Positions 36,632 to 50,417 of a stretch of DNA of 64,000 nt are shown here, in pieces. Every line of letters starts with the position of its first letter. Positions within the stretch are counted from its first letter, which is position 1. Position numbers and translations under genes: made by a program. The notes below the pieces were generated by a model. That model saw only the letters and a list, made by a program, of their open reading frames with translations. It was not told where the DNA came from and searched no databases. This DNA is from Octopus sinensis (taxonomy: Eukaryota): NCBI RefSeq assembly GCF_006345805.1, contig NC_043001.1:64604001-64668000 (forward strand), in the 5' to 3' direction.

Positions 36632-38088
36632 ATGTGTGTATTATGTGGTCGGTTGAGCTGAAAATATGCACACCTATGTTAAAGGTGTTGGCGAATTTGT
36701 ATGGCAACTATTTTTTTCCTCAAATGAAAGGCATGACCTCTAGGACAAAATTCCTCATCCTATAAAATGTGGCCCAAGTAGACCCGAATGAAATCGGGTT
36801 ATATTAACCAACATTTGTGAAAAGAGGTCTAAATGGGGCTGGAAGGGGATTAAAATTTACAGGAGCGGATGTTTAGGAATTCTCTGTTACATGAAGCTAA
36901 AAAATTTGCACCAGCCTTTAAATCGTTAATGTGTTGCCGTCCATGATGAAGAAGTTTTGAATGTTTGCCATGGTGAGTCTACTGTCATGAGAAAGAATCA
37001 CTTCAAAACTTGGTGTTTAGGAATTTTCTTTTACATCAAGTTCAAAATTTTACGCCAGCCGTTAGACTGCCACTACGTTGCTGTCCATCATTAAGAAATG
37101 CCAGCTATGGTGACTCTACTATACTCAGACTCTATCCCTTCAAACTTTGGTATCCAATATTTTTTTATTTTTATTCAGCTCGCAAGCTTGTCTGTCCCTT
37201 TTAAATGTTAGTGTTTTGCTGTCTGTCTTGAAGCAGACCTTTCCGTTGTCACTGCCTGAAATTTATGATTGATCTTTCAAAATATTTTCTTTCTCAACTT
37301 ACTCAAGATCTTTTGTTGTTTATAAATGAGAGATAGATAGAGAAATATAGAGAGTAAGAGAAAGCGAGGGAGAATCTGAGAGAAATGAAGAGTAAAAGAG
37401 TGGGAAAGTGACAGAGAAATGAGAGAGAAACAAAGAGGGAGAATGTGGTGATAAAAAACAGAAAGGAAGCAACTGAAAGTAACAACCACACTCTTACCCG
37501 CATGTAGAGCGGTTCACCGTAAGCTAGTCAATATCTATAAATCTGAAATGTGAAAAGTTTGTCTGGTTTTGGCATTGGAATGGGTTAAAGGGCACTACAT
37601 CCTGTCGGATTCATTCCGAAATTTACAGAGACATGTAAAATGAGAAATCCCTATCTTAAAAGCTGTGGTTACTAGGGCAAAAAACCCACATTTTGACTAG
37701 TCTTTTTTCGTTACTCTCATTTTCTTATCTGCCTGTCTTCCATTTCTCTCTCTTTCCTTCCTTCCCTTCACTTTCTCTCTATGATGATGTGTGACAGATC
37801 AACTATCTTTCCCCTGCCGCCTTCGCCAGCACTCTCACTCTTTCTCTCACATCCCCTCTCTCTCTCTCTCTACGTCTGTCTGCATTCATAGAGACAATTA
37901 TTATCTCCACCACCACCACCACCACCACACAATCATGAGAACAAATATTTGTTCTCATGATTGTGTGGTGGTGGTGGCAATAATTATTGGGTTAATTTAT
38001 ATATGTGTGTGTGTGTTCTATATATAAATATGTATATATACAAAGTGTATATATCTGTATTTACATATATATATATATATATATATAG

Positions 38089-38122
<34 letters not shown>

Positions 38123-38246
38123 ATCACGTGACCGACCAGACCATCAGATGTTGCTACACATCACTGGTCACAATGCGTTCGCATTGTTTTAGCCTTTGAA
38201 CAACGCCACCCCGCTGGCTAAGCGAGCAGGCCAATATATATATATG

Positions 38247-38303
<57 letters not shown>

Positions 38304-38386
38304 TGTGTACACCCACACACATATATATATACTGCGTATATATGTACATATATATATTTAATGCATATATATATATATATATATAT

Positions 38387-38440
<54 letters not shown>

Positions 38441-39065
38441 GTGTGCATTATGTGGTCAGTTGAGCTGAAAATATGCACACCTATGTTAAAAGTGCTGGAG
38501 AGTTTGCATGGCAACTATTTTTTTCCTCAAATGACCTTTGATAAAATTCCTCATCTTATAAAATGTGGCCCGAGTAGACCCGAATGAAATCGGGTTATTT
38601 TAACCAAAATGTGAAAAAAGGTCTAAATGGGGATGGAAGGGGATTAAAATTTACAGGTGAGTGTGTTTAGGAATTCTCTGTTACTGCAAGCTAAAAAATT
38701 TGTGCCTGCTTTTAAATCGTCAGTGTGTTGCCGTCCATGATGGTAAGAATGTGGTTGTTACTTTCTGTTGCTTCCTTTCTGTTTCTTATTGCTACATTCC
38801 CCCTCTTTGTTTCTCTCTCCTTTCTCTCTCACTTTCCCACTCTCTTACTCTTTCTTTCTCTCGGACTCTTCCTTGCTTTCTCTTATTCTCTATCTTTCTC
38901 TATCTATCTATCTATCTTCCATTTATAGCTGGCATTTCTTAATGACGGACAGCAACGTAGTGGCAGTTTAACGGCTGGCGTAAAATTTTGAACTTGATGT
39001 AAAAGAAAATTCCTAAACACTAAGTTTTGAAGTGATTCTTTCTCACAACAGTAGACTCACCATGC
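36140..39065. mobile_element. Rearranged nest of modular non-autonomous repeats, probably Helitrons
   Basis: 36300-36940 is duplicated at 37800-38740. 36960-37110 is inverted at 38925-39065. Hairpin + CTAG|T at 37497-37527. Confidence 0.6.
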
Positions 39066-40810
39066 CCTCCACTTCTCCTGCACTATCTCTGACACCTCTG
39101 TCTCTTTTCTTGACATTTCGGTCAGCATTCTTCTCTTACCACCTCCATCCACTACAAACACACAGACTCACACTCATACCTCAACTTCTCCTCCTCCCAC
39201 TCTAAACTCACCAAGCTTTCCATCCCCTATTCTCAATTCCTCTGTCTACGCAGGCTCTGTAGTGACGACCATGACTTCGAGACTCAGTCTCAACTCAAGG
39301 CTCGCCACTTCATCCTACGTGGATCCACACTGCCCTTGCCAGAGCATGTTGTGTGGACCGTGCATCTGCTCTCTCCCCCCAAACCCGCCCTGCAGTCTCC
39401 TGCCTACCCTTTTCCCCTCACCTACCACCCCACTACCCTACTTCTCCAACGCACCATTCTCCGAGCTTTCCAGCATCTCCAGTCTGACCCGTCCACTTGA
39501 CACATCTTCCCCAACCGATCCCTCCCCACCTTCAAATGAACCCACAACCCACGAGACCACAGCTTCTTCCCGAACCTGGCTCGCTCCCCTGCTCCTGCCC
39601 ATGCTGCCACACTTGCCCTTACCTCTCCAACACCATCCTCCTCACTGGCACCCATCATCGACCCTATCACATCACCGACTCCTTCACCTGCACTTCTACC
39701 AATATCATTTATTGTAGCTCCTGCTCTCTCTGCCATTCTCTGTACATCGGACAAACGGGACGCTGCTTAGCTAACCGGTTCACAGAACATCTCTGAGACA
39801 TCCGCCTCAGCAATGACACCCCGGCCTCACTCCATTTCTGCTCTACTGGTCACTCTTTGCAACACTTGCCTGTGTTCGGATTGTCCTTGCACAGAGGCCA
39901 TCTGGACTCCCGTTTGCGCCGTGAACAGAGATTAATCTTCTCTCTTCACTCCTTTGTACCATATGGGCTCAACTCTCTTCCCCTCTTTATCTAACCTCCT
40001 CTGCTTGCCTCTCTTCCCCTCCCTCTTACTTCCTCCCACCCACCTCTCGTCTCTTGCTCTGACTCCTACTTCTCTTCACTCCTACTTCTCTTCACTTCTA
40101 CTCTCTCTTCTCTCTTACTCTCTTTCTCTCTTCTCTCATACCCACCTTCCCCTTCCCCCTTCATTGTCAACCCTCCCCCATAAGCCCACCGCACCCCTTC
40201 ACATTCCTACTCCACCTTCCCTATCCTTCCCATCCCATCCCTTACACCCTCTCCCACATACCCTACCTTCTGCCTACCCACAAACCCCATCTCTACACCC
40301 ACCCTCTGACTACCCACATACCCCAACTCTACCCCAACCCTCAACCTAACCCACACTCCCCGTGCTTTCCCCACTCTCGCCTCCCCCACCTCCCAACAAC
40401 ATCACACCACACCACACCAAACCACACAACATATCACACCACAACACACCACCACCCACAAACCAACACTGGCCACTTCCCATCCCCACATTTTCACGCC
40501 TATACATACACACATGCACACGTCAAGACCACCAGCCCTCTTTCACACGCACATATGTACTCTCTTACACACACACACACACACCTTCATTTTGGGACCG
40601 CTTTTACTTTGTTATCTCCCCTACTTCTTCGGCCTCCTGTGTGACCCTTCTGTCTGGCAGTCGCCATGATAGATTGGTAGCCATTACACACATTTTTTTC
40701 TCTCCTTGTTCCTTTCTGTGTTCCTTTCTGTAGAAGAGCGTAGGCTCGAAATGTAAAAGACTTTTTCAATTCCCGAGAGTTATACTAATACATCTGTTTG
40801 TTTTGTACAC
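39065..40810 (+). mobile_element. Neptune-type PLE 3' part (thumb, CCHH-linker GIY-YIG, CT-rich UTR, terminal repeat with HHR-like motif at 40724-40759)
   Basis: SFLDI, HYKHTDSHSYL, SIPYSQFL, C.C.CC.TC, FTCTSTNIIYC.SC.LC..LYIGQTGRCLANRFTEH. Confidence 0.9.
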
Positions 40811-40839
40811 CACCTGTCTTCATCTTTTTTTTTTTTTTT

Positions 40840-41659
40840 GAATTCTCTCTCTGTATATATATATAATGCGTATATATGTACATATATATATATATTTAAT
40901 GTGTATATATGTACATATATATATTTAATGCATATATATATATTTATAATGTGTGCATTATGTGGTCGGATTGAGCTGAAATTATGCACACCTATGTTAA
41001 AAGTGCTGGCGAGTTTGCATGGCAACTATTTTTTACCTCAAATGAAAGGCGTGACTTCTAGGACAAAATTCCTGATCTTTTAAAATGTGATCCAAGTAGA
41101 CCCAAGTGAAATCGGGTTATATTAACCAAAGAAGTAAAACAATGAAAAACTATGCCATTTTAATCTCAAGCAAGGCTGGGTATCTCTGTAAGTCAACTAC
41201 ATATTTGTGAAAAGGGTGGACGTTGTCTCACAAGCAGTTATACAGGCAAGAGTGTTAGTAAATATGGTCGGATTGAGCTGAAAATTTGCACACCTATGTT
41301 AAAAGTCCTGGCGAGTTTGCATGGCAACTTTGAGTTTGCTCAATTAAAAGGTGTGGCCTCTAGGGCAAAATTCCTCATCTTTTAAAGTGTGACCCGCGTA
41401 GACTCAAATTAAATCGGGTTTAATACCGAAACAAATAAAACAATGATAAACTATTTTAATCCCGAGCAAGACCAGGTTTCTCTGCTATCTTCTATAGGCG
41501 CAGGAGTGGCTGTGTGGTAAGTAGCTTGCTAACCAACCACATGGTTCCGGGTTCAGTCCCACTGCGTGGCATCTTGGGCAAGTGTCTTCTGCTATAGCCC
41601 CGGGCCGACCAATGCCTTGTGAGTGGATTTGGTAGACGGAAACTGAAAGAAGCCTGTCG

Positions 41660-41692
<33 letters not shown>

Positions 41693-42970
41693 ATGTTTGT
41701 CCCCCTAGCATTGCTTGACAACCGATGCTGGTGTGTTTACGTCCCCGTCACTTAGCGGTTCGGCAAAAAGAGACCGATAAAATAAGTACTGGGCTTACAA
41801 AAGAATAAGTCCCGGGGTCGATTTGCTCGACTAAAAAAAAGGCGGTGCTCCAGCATGGCCGCAGTCAAATAACTGAAACAAGTAAAAGAGTAAAGAGTAA
41901 AGAGTATATATAAAAGAGGCTTTGTGTCAAAATTGTGTACACATTTTGCTACGTCAGACGTTGGTGGCCATACAAGTGGTCGGATCGAGCTGAAAATTGA
42001 CACAGGCATAGAAGGCAGAGAGTTGAGTAGGTTAAAACTCGCCATCTGGAAAGATGCAGTTGCTATGGTGAGAAGAGTGATATTTTATCGATTCAAGGGG
42101 GCTCTAAGTCCCTCCAGATTGGCGCAATTGGCATCTAATCTAATCTATAAAGCGAAGAAGGTGAACGTTGATACAAATTGGATTTTTATGTAAAAAGGGG
42201 TCTAAATGGGGCTGGAAGGAGATGAAAATTTACAGGAGGGGGTAACTTGAGGTGTGAAATTGATTGGGAGACTTTTTGGGCCACTACATTGGTTGCTTTG
42301 CTGTGAAAATGGGGATCTATATTGGACACTTTTTGCCCGATTTCAATCAAATTCTCAACATGGTAAAGTGGAAGTGGATTTGTAAATTAAGCGCAGAAAA
42401 TGGGTTCGAAATTTTGAAAATTAAGGCAAGATTTTTGAAATTGAAAAAAATTTCTCATTTTTACGTATATTTTTGCCTTTTATCTTTTATTGTTTACAGT
42501 TTTTAATTTTTTTGAAAGAAATTTACAGCTGCATGTAGCCCGTGTTTAGAGCTTTCCTTTCCATGGTCAATTGTCTAAAAATTCCCAAAATAAGTACTAA
42601 ATTTAACAAAGAAATCCTTTTTTTCCTTATTTTTAATTGCTCAAATAGTGGCACGTACAAAAGGCAAGTGTGCTTTCCGTTGTCACTGCCTGATATTTAT
42701 GATTGATCTTTCAAAATATTTTCTTTCTCAACTTTCTCAACTTACTCAAGATCTTTTGTTTTTTATAAATGGGAGAGTGATAGATAGAGAAAGATAGACA
42801 GTAAGAGAAAGCAAGGGAGAGTTCGAGAGAAAGGAAGAGTAAGAGAGTGGTAAAGTGAGAGAGAAAGGAGAGAGAAACAAAGAGGGGGAATGTAGCAATA
42901 AGAAACAGAAAGGAAGCAACAGAAAGTAACAACCACACCCTCACCTGCGCGTGAAGCGGGTCACCGCTAG
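40840..42970 (+). mobile_element. Further modules of the same Helitron-like repeat family, interrupted by a SINE
   Basis: GGTCGGATTGAGCTGAAAATT..CACACCTATGTTAAA modules at ~40960, ~41265 and ~41975. Hairpin CCTGC..GCGGG + CTAG|T at 42944-42970. Confidence 0.6.
41495..41905 (+). mobile_element. Bipartite SINE, young copy
   Basis: Near-identical to 1976-2407. Confidence 0.92.
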
Positions 42971-43574
42971 TCAAGTATATTAAATCTAGTTAGTGTGCTA
43001 CCAAGGTAAACAAATGTGTCCACAACTTCTAACTTTTTATCCTTGATGTATAATTGATGGTGAGAAGTAGCCCATCTGGAAATGCAGTCTTCCTCAGTGT
43101 GGTTTAGGAGATTGCAATCATCAGTGTAAAGAGATTATGAATGAGAGCCATGGAAGTTTATGTTAATGGCTGTCGATATATCACTATATGCAAAGTCTTG
43201 CAAAGTAACAATAGCAGAGATAGTAAGCAATGTAAGAGCCAAATCACCTGACTGAAATGGTTTATCATAGCTCACCATTGACACAAATCTATGCTTTCAT
43301 TTCATGAAGAGATCAAATAAGCTATGTGAAATTTTATGGACATTCCAAAGAGTTGGCCAATGTTCAGTGTCAAAGGTCTTGGTACATACATCTGTATATT
43401 TAGATAGGTGTATGTGAACATGTACATAAGTTTACATGTATGTATGCATTTTAATATGTGCACAGGTGTATGTATGAATGTACTTATGTTCATATACATG
43501 TATGTGTGTGTATGTATCTGTATGTATTTGTGTTTGTATATATATTTACACTTACACTGATTTAGGAAACAACT

Positions 43575-45430
43575 TATTTCTACCTTCAGTCTATTAGGCC
43601 TTAAAATTACAGTAGCTACTGATCTGTCTATAGTTGACTTTTTAGATGTTTCCCTAGACATGAACTCCTCCTCATCTAAACCTTTCCATAAGCCTAATGA
43701 GAAACTTGCCTATATACATAAAGTCTTGTCACCCTCCTGTAATTTTTAAAAACCTTATACCTAATATTAGTAACAGAGTGTCTAACCTCTCTTCCTCTAA
43801 AGAAATGTTTGAGAAAGCATCCCCCTATTATAACAATGCCCTAGCCAATAGTGGTTTCAAAGATAAATTAATATATAACCCCACTACTATTAATCAGAAT
43901 AATAACAGTAGATTTAATGGCTTCAAAGATAAAGTAATACATAATCCTTATTATATTAATCAGAATAATAATAATAGACCTAAAAATAGGACAAGGAAAA
44001 TTATTTAGTTTGCCCTTCCCTTTTCCCTTAATATAAAAACTAACAAAGGAAAAAGATTCCTGTCTCTCTTAGACAAACACTTTCCAGTAACTCACAGATA
44101 CAGGAAAATATTTAATAGGCATTCTCTCTTTTATTCTATTTTACTTGTTTCAGTCATGTGATTGTGGCCATGCTGGAGCACCACCTTTAGTCAAGCAAAT
44201 CGACCCTAGGACTTATTCTTTGTAAGCCTAGTACTTATTCTATCGGTCTCTTTTGCTGAACCACTAAGTTATGGGGACATAAACACACCAGCATCGGTTG
44301 CCAAGCGATGTTGGGGGACAAACACAGATACACAAACATATACACACACATACATATATATATATATATACATATATACGATGGGCTTCTTTCAGTTTCC
44401 ATCTACCAAATCCACTCAAGGCTTTGGTTGGCAGCCTGAGGCTATAGTAGAAGACACTTGCCCAAGGTGCCATGCAGTGGGACTGAACCTGAAACCATGT
44501 GGTTCTTAAGCAAGCTACTTTTAGTTGCTGCCCCAATGTAAAGAGTATCATTACACAAGGTCAATACCAAGAGCCTAAATCCAGTTGTAACTGTCAGGAA
44601 GCAGGATCCTGTCAACTTGTGATTAAATCTGCCATATATGAGGCAGAAGTTACTGCAATGCTAGATGATAATACAACAGATAAGAAGACCTACATTGGAT
44701 TATATGAAGGAGAATTTAAAAAATCGCTATAATAATCACATAGCCTCCTTCTGAAATAGGGACAAAAGCAAAGCTATTAAGTTGGCTACCCATGAATGGA
44801 ATTTGAAATCTAACGCGACACCACATGTGATTAGGTAGAAAATAATTGAAAAATCCATGCTTTATGTTAATGGATCAATAAATGTAAGCTATGTTTAGCT
44901 GAAAGCATTCAGATTCTTTTTGGATCTAAGATTCCCTGCTTACTACTGAACTCTAGATCTGAAATTTTCAGCTATAAGATGTTTAAAGGAACAGAATGGA
45001 ATATCGTAGAGGAGAAAGATACTGAAAGCCTAAAAAGGTGATTGGTGAAATAGTGTGTGTGCAAGGGAGGATAATAGGGAGGAGGAGGAAGCTGGTAGTG
45101 CACAAAAAGAGGGTGGAGTGATGGGTGGCTGATGCTAGAAGAATGTCAAAGTACATTTTGAAGAATTGGAAAATTCCACCTATACCTAATTAACTTGTTG
45201 ATATCGTTCCAGCCTTATAACTTAAGGTCTAAGGGGGATAACTCTTACTTTTTTTACTTTTTCATTTTCTGTTTTTTTACCTTCTTCGGTATCTATAAGG
45301 TTTCTTCTCAAATTTTCGCATTTCTTTTCTCATTCCATTTTTAGTTCATTATATGTGGTTTGTGCCTGATGAATATATCTGAGGTACTTCTCAACATATG
45401 AAACTATTAGTAGAATATAACATGTATTGT
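43575..45430 (+). mobile_element. Naiad-type PLE 3' part with HHR at ~45361-45417
   Basis: VDFLDVSLD, HPPVIFKNL..ISNRVSNLSSS, ALANSGF, KHFP..H..KIFNR, SCNC, TYIGLYEGEFKK and CKLCLAE. CUGAUGA at 45366 and GAAAC at 45400. Confidence 0.88.
44120..44520 (-). mobile_element. Bipartite SINE inserted in the PLE
   Basis: Homology to other copies. Confidence 0.9.
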
Positions 45431-45545
45431 GTATATTAAATAATATTTATCTCTCACCAGACGGAATACATTTTTTGTTGAGCTTGCCATCATGGAACAG
45501 TACATTATATGCACATACACACGTGTGTGTGTGTGTGTGTATGTA

Positions 45546-45935
45546 CACAGACATGACAAAATAAATAGAAACCCTTACAATCGTTAAAATTTATTTAAAT
45601 CTGGAATTATGCATTCAAATTATTTATTAATTATTATAATATAAATATTTAATATTTAGTAGACATGCCCTTTGCATTTTTCAATACAAGGACTTTATTA
45701 GGCATACATATATCAGATGACAAATATTCTCTTGAGGAATTTCTTGCCAAGTTTCATGCAGTAATCTCAAAAGTTTTGGCTTTTGAGGATGCTTTCTTGT
45801 TCTTTTTATAAAGTGTCCTGTCCATTGTGCCCCAGAGATGTTCAATAGGGTTCATATCTGGTGACTGGTTTGGCCATGAAATCTTTTTAATGCCATTTTC
45901 TTCCAACCAGTCTTGGGTCTTTTTAGCCATGTGAC
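45546..45935 (-). mobile_element. Tc1 transposase C-terminal remnant with one TIR
   Basis: HMAKKTQDWLEENGIKKISWPNQSPDMNPIEHLW. Terminus TA|CACAGACATGACAAAA. Confidence 0.85.
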
Positions 45936-46019
45936 AAATAAAGAACCTTCTTTAATCATTTCACCACTGGAGAAGATTGGAAAGATTTGGGGAAAATGGA
46001 TTTATGCTAAGGCTAAGTT

Positions 46020-48624
46020 TGAGAGAGTATCAAGAATGAGATGTGAAAGATGCTTGATGGGGCAGAATGGGCTACAAGCATACTTTTAGGATGTAATTTT
46101 TGTTGTGTTGGATGGGTTTTTCTTGAGTACAGCAAATTGACAGTCCTCTCAGTTCTTAGTCATTTCCTCTGTGCAGTTCAACATCTTGAGATCAGCCTTC
46201 ACTACTTCGTCCTATGTCTTCCTGGACCTTCCTCTTCCACAAGTTCTATCCACTTTATTTTCATCCATACACATAAAACAACTGAGCCAGTGCAGTTTTC
46301 TCTCTTGCACACAAGATTTGATTCTTCTTATGCCTAATTTTTCTTTCAAAACTTTGACACTTAGTCTTACATGCATGCTGATATTTCACATCCAACAGAG
46401 CATACTAGCTTCATTCCTCCCTACTCTTTGTGGCCTGCAGAAATGATAACCTTCTGAATTTTATCTATCCTATTTTTATTCTAGTAACTACACTTTCAGA
46501 ACATCTTCCACTACTAATTAGGTCAACTGAGTATCTGAAACTATCTACTACTTCTTAGGATTCCTCAAAGTATCCGAGATAATCTATTTCCCATGTTCCT
46601 TTGTCTTTTTGGAACTCATGCATCGTCCACATACAAACACTACTTTCATTGTTAACCGTTCAGTGATTCCATTGCACTGCTTATGTGTTCATAGCCTGCA
46701 CTAGGTAGACCATCTGGAATTCTTGCCTACACCTTTCTTATATATTGAGTAAGGCCATTTACCTGAAGAGAGTAGAATCCTGTCTGTTTTCCAGCTCACT
46801 GTAACTTTGGTCTTTCCTAAGTTAACTTTATTTGATTCCAGGAGGTTTTGCTTCCACATCTGGAATTTCTTTCCTGATTCTGTTATGGATTCCACTATGA
46901 GAATGAGATCATCAGCATATAGTAGTTCCCAAAGACAGTCTTGAATTCATCTGTTATGGCCTGTAGGACCTGGTGAACACTTACCTGTACACTAAATTTA
47001 TCACTGTACTCTTTGCTAAATCCCACCTTACACACAGCATTTCTGTATATGGTTTGTACAGCTTTCATAAGCCATTCATCTACCCTACATTCCTAATTCC
47101 TCAGAAACCACATTGTCACAGAGTTATAGACTCTGTAGAAGACTTTCTCCAGATCAATAAATATCAGATACAATGGCTTACTTTTAGCTAGATACTTGTC
47201 TTGCTAGATACTTGTCAAGTACCATGGCTTACTAGATACTTGTCTTGCAGTTGTCTTACTAAGATGGCATCAGTAGTACTTCTCTCTCTACTACAATCAT
47301 CATCATCATTGTTCGATCGTGGTCGAGACAATGGAATTCACCATGCTACGCCAGACCTCACGGTCCATCATGGCATTACGGAGGTCCTGCTGCTGGATGC
47401 CTGCATCCCTGGAGATTACATCAGGGTAGGAGAGTGTGCGCCCTGTGGTACCACGAGCAGATGGCTTCCAGAGGAGAAGAGTAGAAATTATCTCTTTTTC
47501 AGCTCTACAACAATGTCCAGCAAACTGGACTCTCCTACCTTTCACAAGAGATGACACAGGTGGTAGTTTCCCATATATTTGCATTTTGGTTGGATGGCGC
47601 TTCCACGAGAGATTTTGAGCTCTCATAAGGAGGCGAGTGTAGGTTCCATCCAACCGCCTCTCAAGCTTCTTTGATAACGTCCAGGTTTCTGAGCCATATA
47701 GTAGAAATGGTTCGATTGTGGCTTTGAAGATTTCAAGTTTGAAGTCTCTACTTAGATTTGATGACCAGATCTTACAAAGCTAAACTGCATCATCTAGATT
47801 AACTTTGTTCTTTATTACTTGAGTTATACATCTCTCTGTAACGTTTATGACTTGGTCTAGCAATTTGATACCTCAGTAATTATTTCAATCTAAGGCATTT
47901 CTTTTTCCCTTGTAACTATTGACTCTAATGCTCTTACACCAGTCACTTGGTATGGCATTTTCTGATATAACATGACTATAGGTGACAAGGCCAAAACCTA
48001 CTGCACCAGATATTTCAGGCATCTCAGCAGTGATTCTTGATGAACCAAGGGCTTTCATATCTTTAATTGCCAAGACCCTTTTTCTCAGTTATTCTCTATG
48101 CTTAATAGCCTTTCATAGTAGCACATCCATGCTTCTTTCTTTTTAGGATCACTAAATGCAAGCATACCGTAATCCATCCACACACACTTCTCCCCCAAAA
48201 CATTTTGATTTTCTCTGATATTCTGTCTCCCTATCCAAAACACCTGTCTTTCTCTGATCCTCATGCTGTAGATCATTGGCAGATCTTTTTGCTTTCCCCT
48301 TTTCTACGTGGATCTGTCTCCTTGCTTCTTTTCTGTCTACTTGGTATAATTCTCTACTACCCCCATTCTTCCAGTCCTTCCAGGCATGTCTCTTTGCTTT
48401 TATAACTCCACCTACCACACTTTTCCACCACCATGTTGTTCTTGGTTTGGCCAGGATTTTTCACCAGCCACAAATTTGGTCTGTAGCTCTTAGCAGGTTG
48501 ACCCATAGCAACTCCTTGTCTTCTATGCTTCTAACTCCTTGTTGTCAGAATCTTCAATTAGAGTTTCTAAATTTCTTATTGTTTGCTGGGTCTTTAAGTT
48601 TCCATATTCCTCTTTTCCAGATGA
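46020..48624 (-). mobile_element. Highly degenerate RTE LINE (host of the RTE-X and gypsy insertions)
   Basis: Homology to other RTE copies: VNLGKTKV, KHAWKDWKNGGSRE, LAFSD..KKEAW..YERLL. Confidence 0.8.
47296..47775 (-). mobile_element. 5'-truncated RTE-X-type LINE with uninterrupted C-terminal frame
   Basis: KIWSSNL..FKLEIFKATIEPFLLYGSETWTL..RLDGTYTRLL..RRVQFAGHCCR..W..MV, followed by a (GAT)n tail. Confidence 0.8.
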
Positions 48625-49062
48625 GCCTGTGTTGTGATGCGAGTTACAACACCTCCTTGCAAGAGATAGACTGGGCTGAGTAAAGTATAAATAGTAATGA
48701 TCCAAGTGAGTTTTAGGTTCAGAATTTGGAGTTAAGTGAAGTTCATGTTAGTTCGCAGTGAAGTCAGTTGGTTAGTTCACAAGGAATATTGATTGTTGGT
48801 TCATAAAGGGATTTGTTAGTTCGTTACATTGTTTGTACTGTTGTCTGGTTATCTTATTTACTGTACATACCAAATTATGTTACAACAATGTGGCGACAAG
48901 GGTTTTGAAGCTCAAGTAGGTTATTTAACAATTTGTTTGTGTGACAATTTGTTAAATAATGGAAGACCTATTAGCTTCCATAACACAGTTGCAAAAGCAA
49001 CAAGAGCAGCAACAGGAGTTGCAGAAGCAACTATTACAGCAACAACTACAACAACAACAATT

Positions 49063-49207
49063 ATTGGAGTGGTTGGCGTTAGGAAGGGCATCCAGCTGTA
49101 GAAACACTGCCAGATCTGACTGGCCTGGTGCAGCCTTCGGGCTCCCCAGACCCCAGTTGAACTGTCCAACCCATGCTAGCGTGGAAAACGGACGCTAAAT
49201 GATGATA
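49063..49207 (+). mobile_element. RTE-tail fragment inserted in gypsy gag
   Basis: GGAAGGGCATCCAGCTGTAGAAAC...CCAACCCATGCTAGC...GATGAT. Confidence 0.8.
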
Positions 49208-50417
49208 TTCAAGCAAGTCCAAAAATTAGGTAAGTTCGTTTTTGGGAGATGGCATTTTGAACTCAATTAACGAATTCAGTTATAACCTAGAGGAGGGTAT
49301 AACTTTTGCATCATACTACAGAAGGTATGAGGAAATTTTTATGCAAGATTGCAAATCATGGTCAGACAAAGAAAAAGTGCGAAAATTAGCTCTGTTTGAG
49401 CATGAATGTTACTGTAATTTCATATTGTTCAAAAAACTCAATGAAATTTGTTTTAAAGAAACAATAGAATTACTGTCTAACATATTTGGTGATAAAACTT
49501 CTCTATTTAACACTTGAATGGAGTGTTGGAATATAATGAAAAAGGAGACTGATGATTTTATTACATATGCAGGAATAGTCAACATGACGTGTGAAAGTTT
49601 TAAACTCGAAGAACTTACACTTTAGATATTCTAGTGTCTTATTTTCATACAAGGCCTTACAGCAAGTGAACATGCAGAAATTCGGGCAAGAATTCTTCCT
49701 ATATTGGAACAAGCAAACCAAGATCTAACCTTACAGTCCATGGCAGAAGAATGCCAAAGAGTGGTAAACCTGAAACATGATGTAGAAAAAATTCAAGAAA
49801 AGATTCTTCAAAAATACAGATATGCCAGCCAGAAAAGTACAACCAAAAAAGAGCGCCATGTTATAGATGTGGGGGCATACATTTCAGAAAAGACTGTCCA
49901 TTTAAAAATCAAAAATGTTACAGTTGCAAAAGAATTGGTTACAAAAGTTCACACTGCAGAACAAAATTACAAAGGTCAAATGTTAAAAATGTTAGAGTGC
50001 TCTCAGCAGAAACAAAAATTGACACCCAAATAAGAAAATTTGTACACATAAAAATAAATGGAATGCATATTAAACTTCAATTGGATACTGGAAGTGATAT
50101 TTCAATAATAAATATGGACACATGGAAGAAAACAGGAAATCTGCTTGTAGGAAAACAGTGAAATCTGCTTGTAACATGACAGACAACAAATTACATTTCA
50201 TAGGCAAAATGTGGACTAATGTCTCATTTCAAGGGAAAACATGCAATGTGAAAGTTTTCATTGTTAAAAATACAACCGATCTGTTTGGTACCGATTGGTT
50301 AGAATTATTGAATTCATGGGACCTTCCCATAAATCTCTATTGTAAAAACGTAAATGGTTGTCCCTCTAAAAATAATTCATCTGAAGAGTTAAAGAGAAAT
50401 TTTTTTTAATGTTTCTG

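Noticed and set aside
38196-38587. Tyr/Ile-rich ORFs (also 5151-5552, 7465-7886 and 63484-63859)
   Set aside because: These are TA/CA microsatellite translations.
39954-40733. Long Pro/Leu/Ser/His-rich ORFs
   Set aside because: They fall in the CT/CA-rich low-complexity 3' UTR of the Neptune element.
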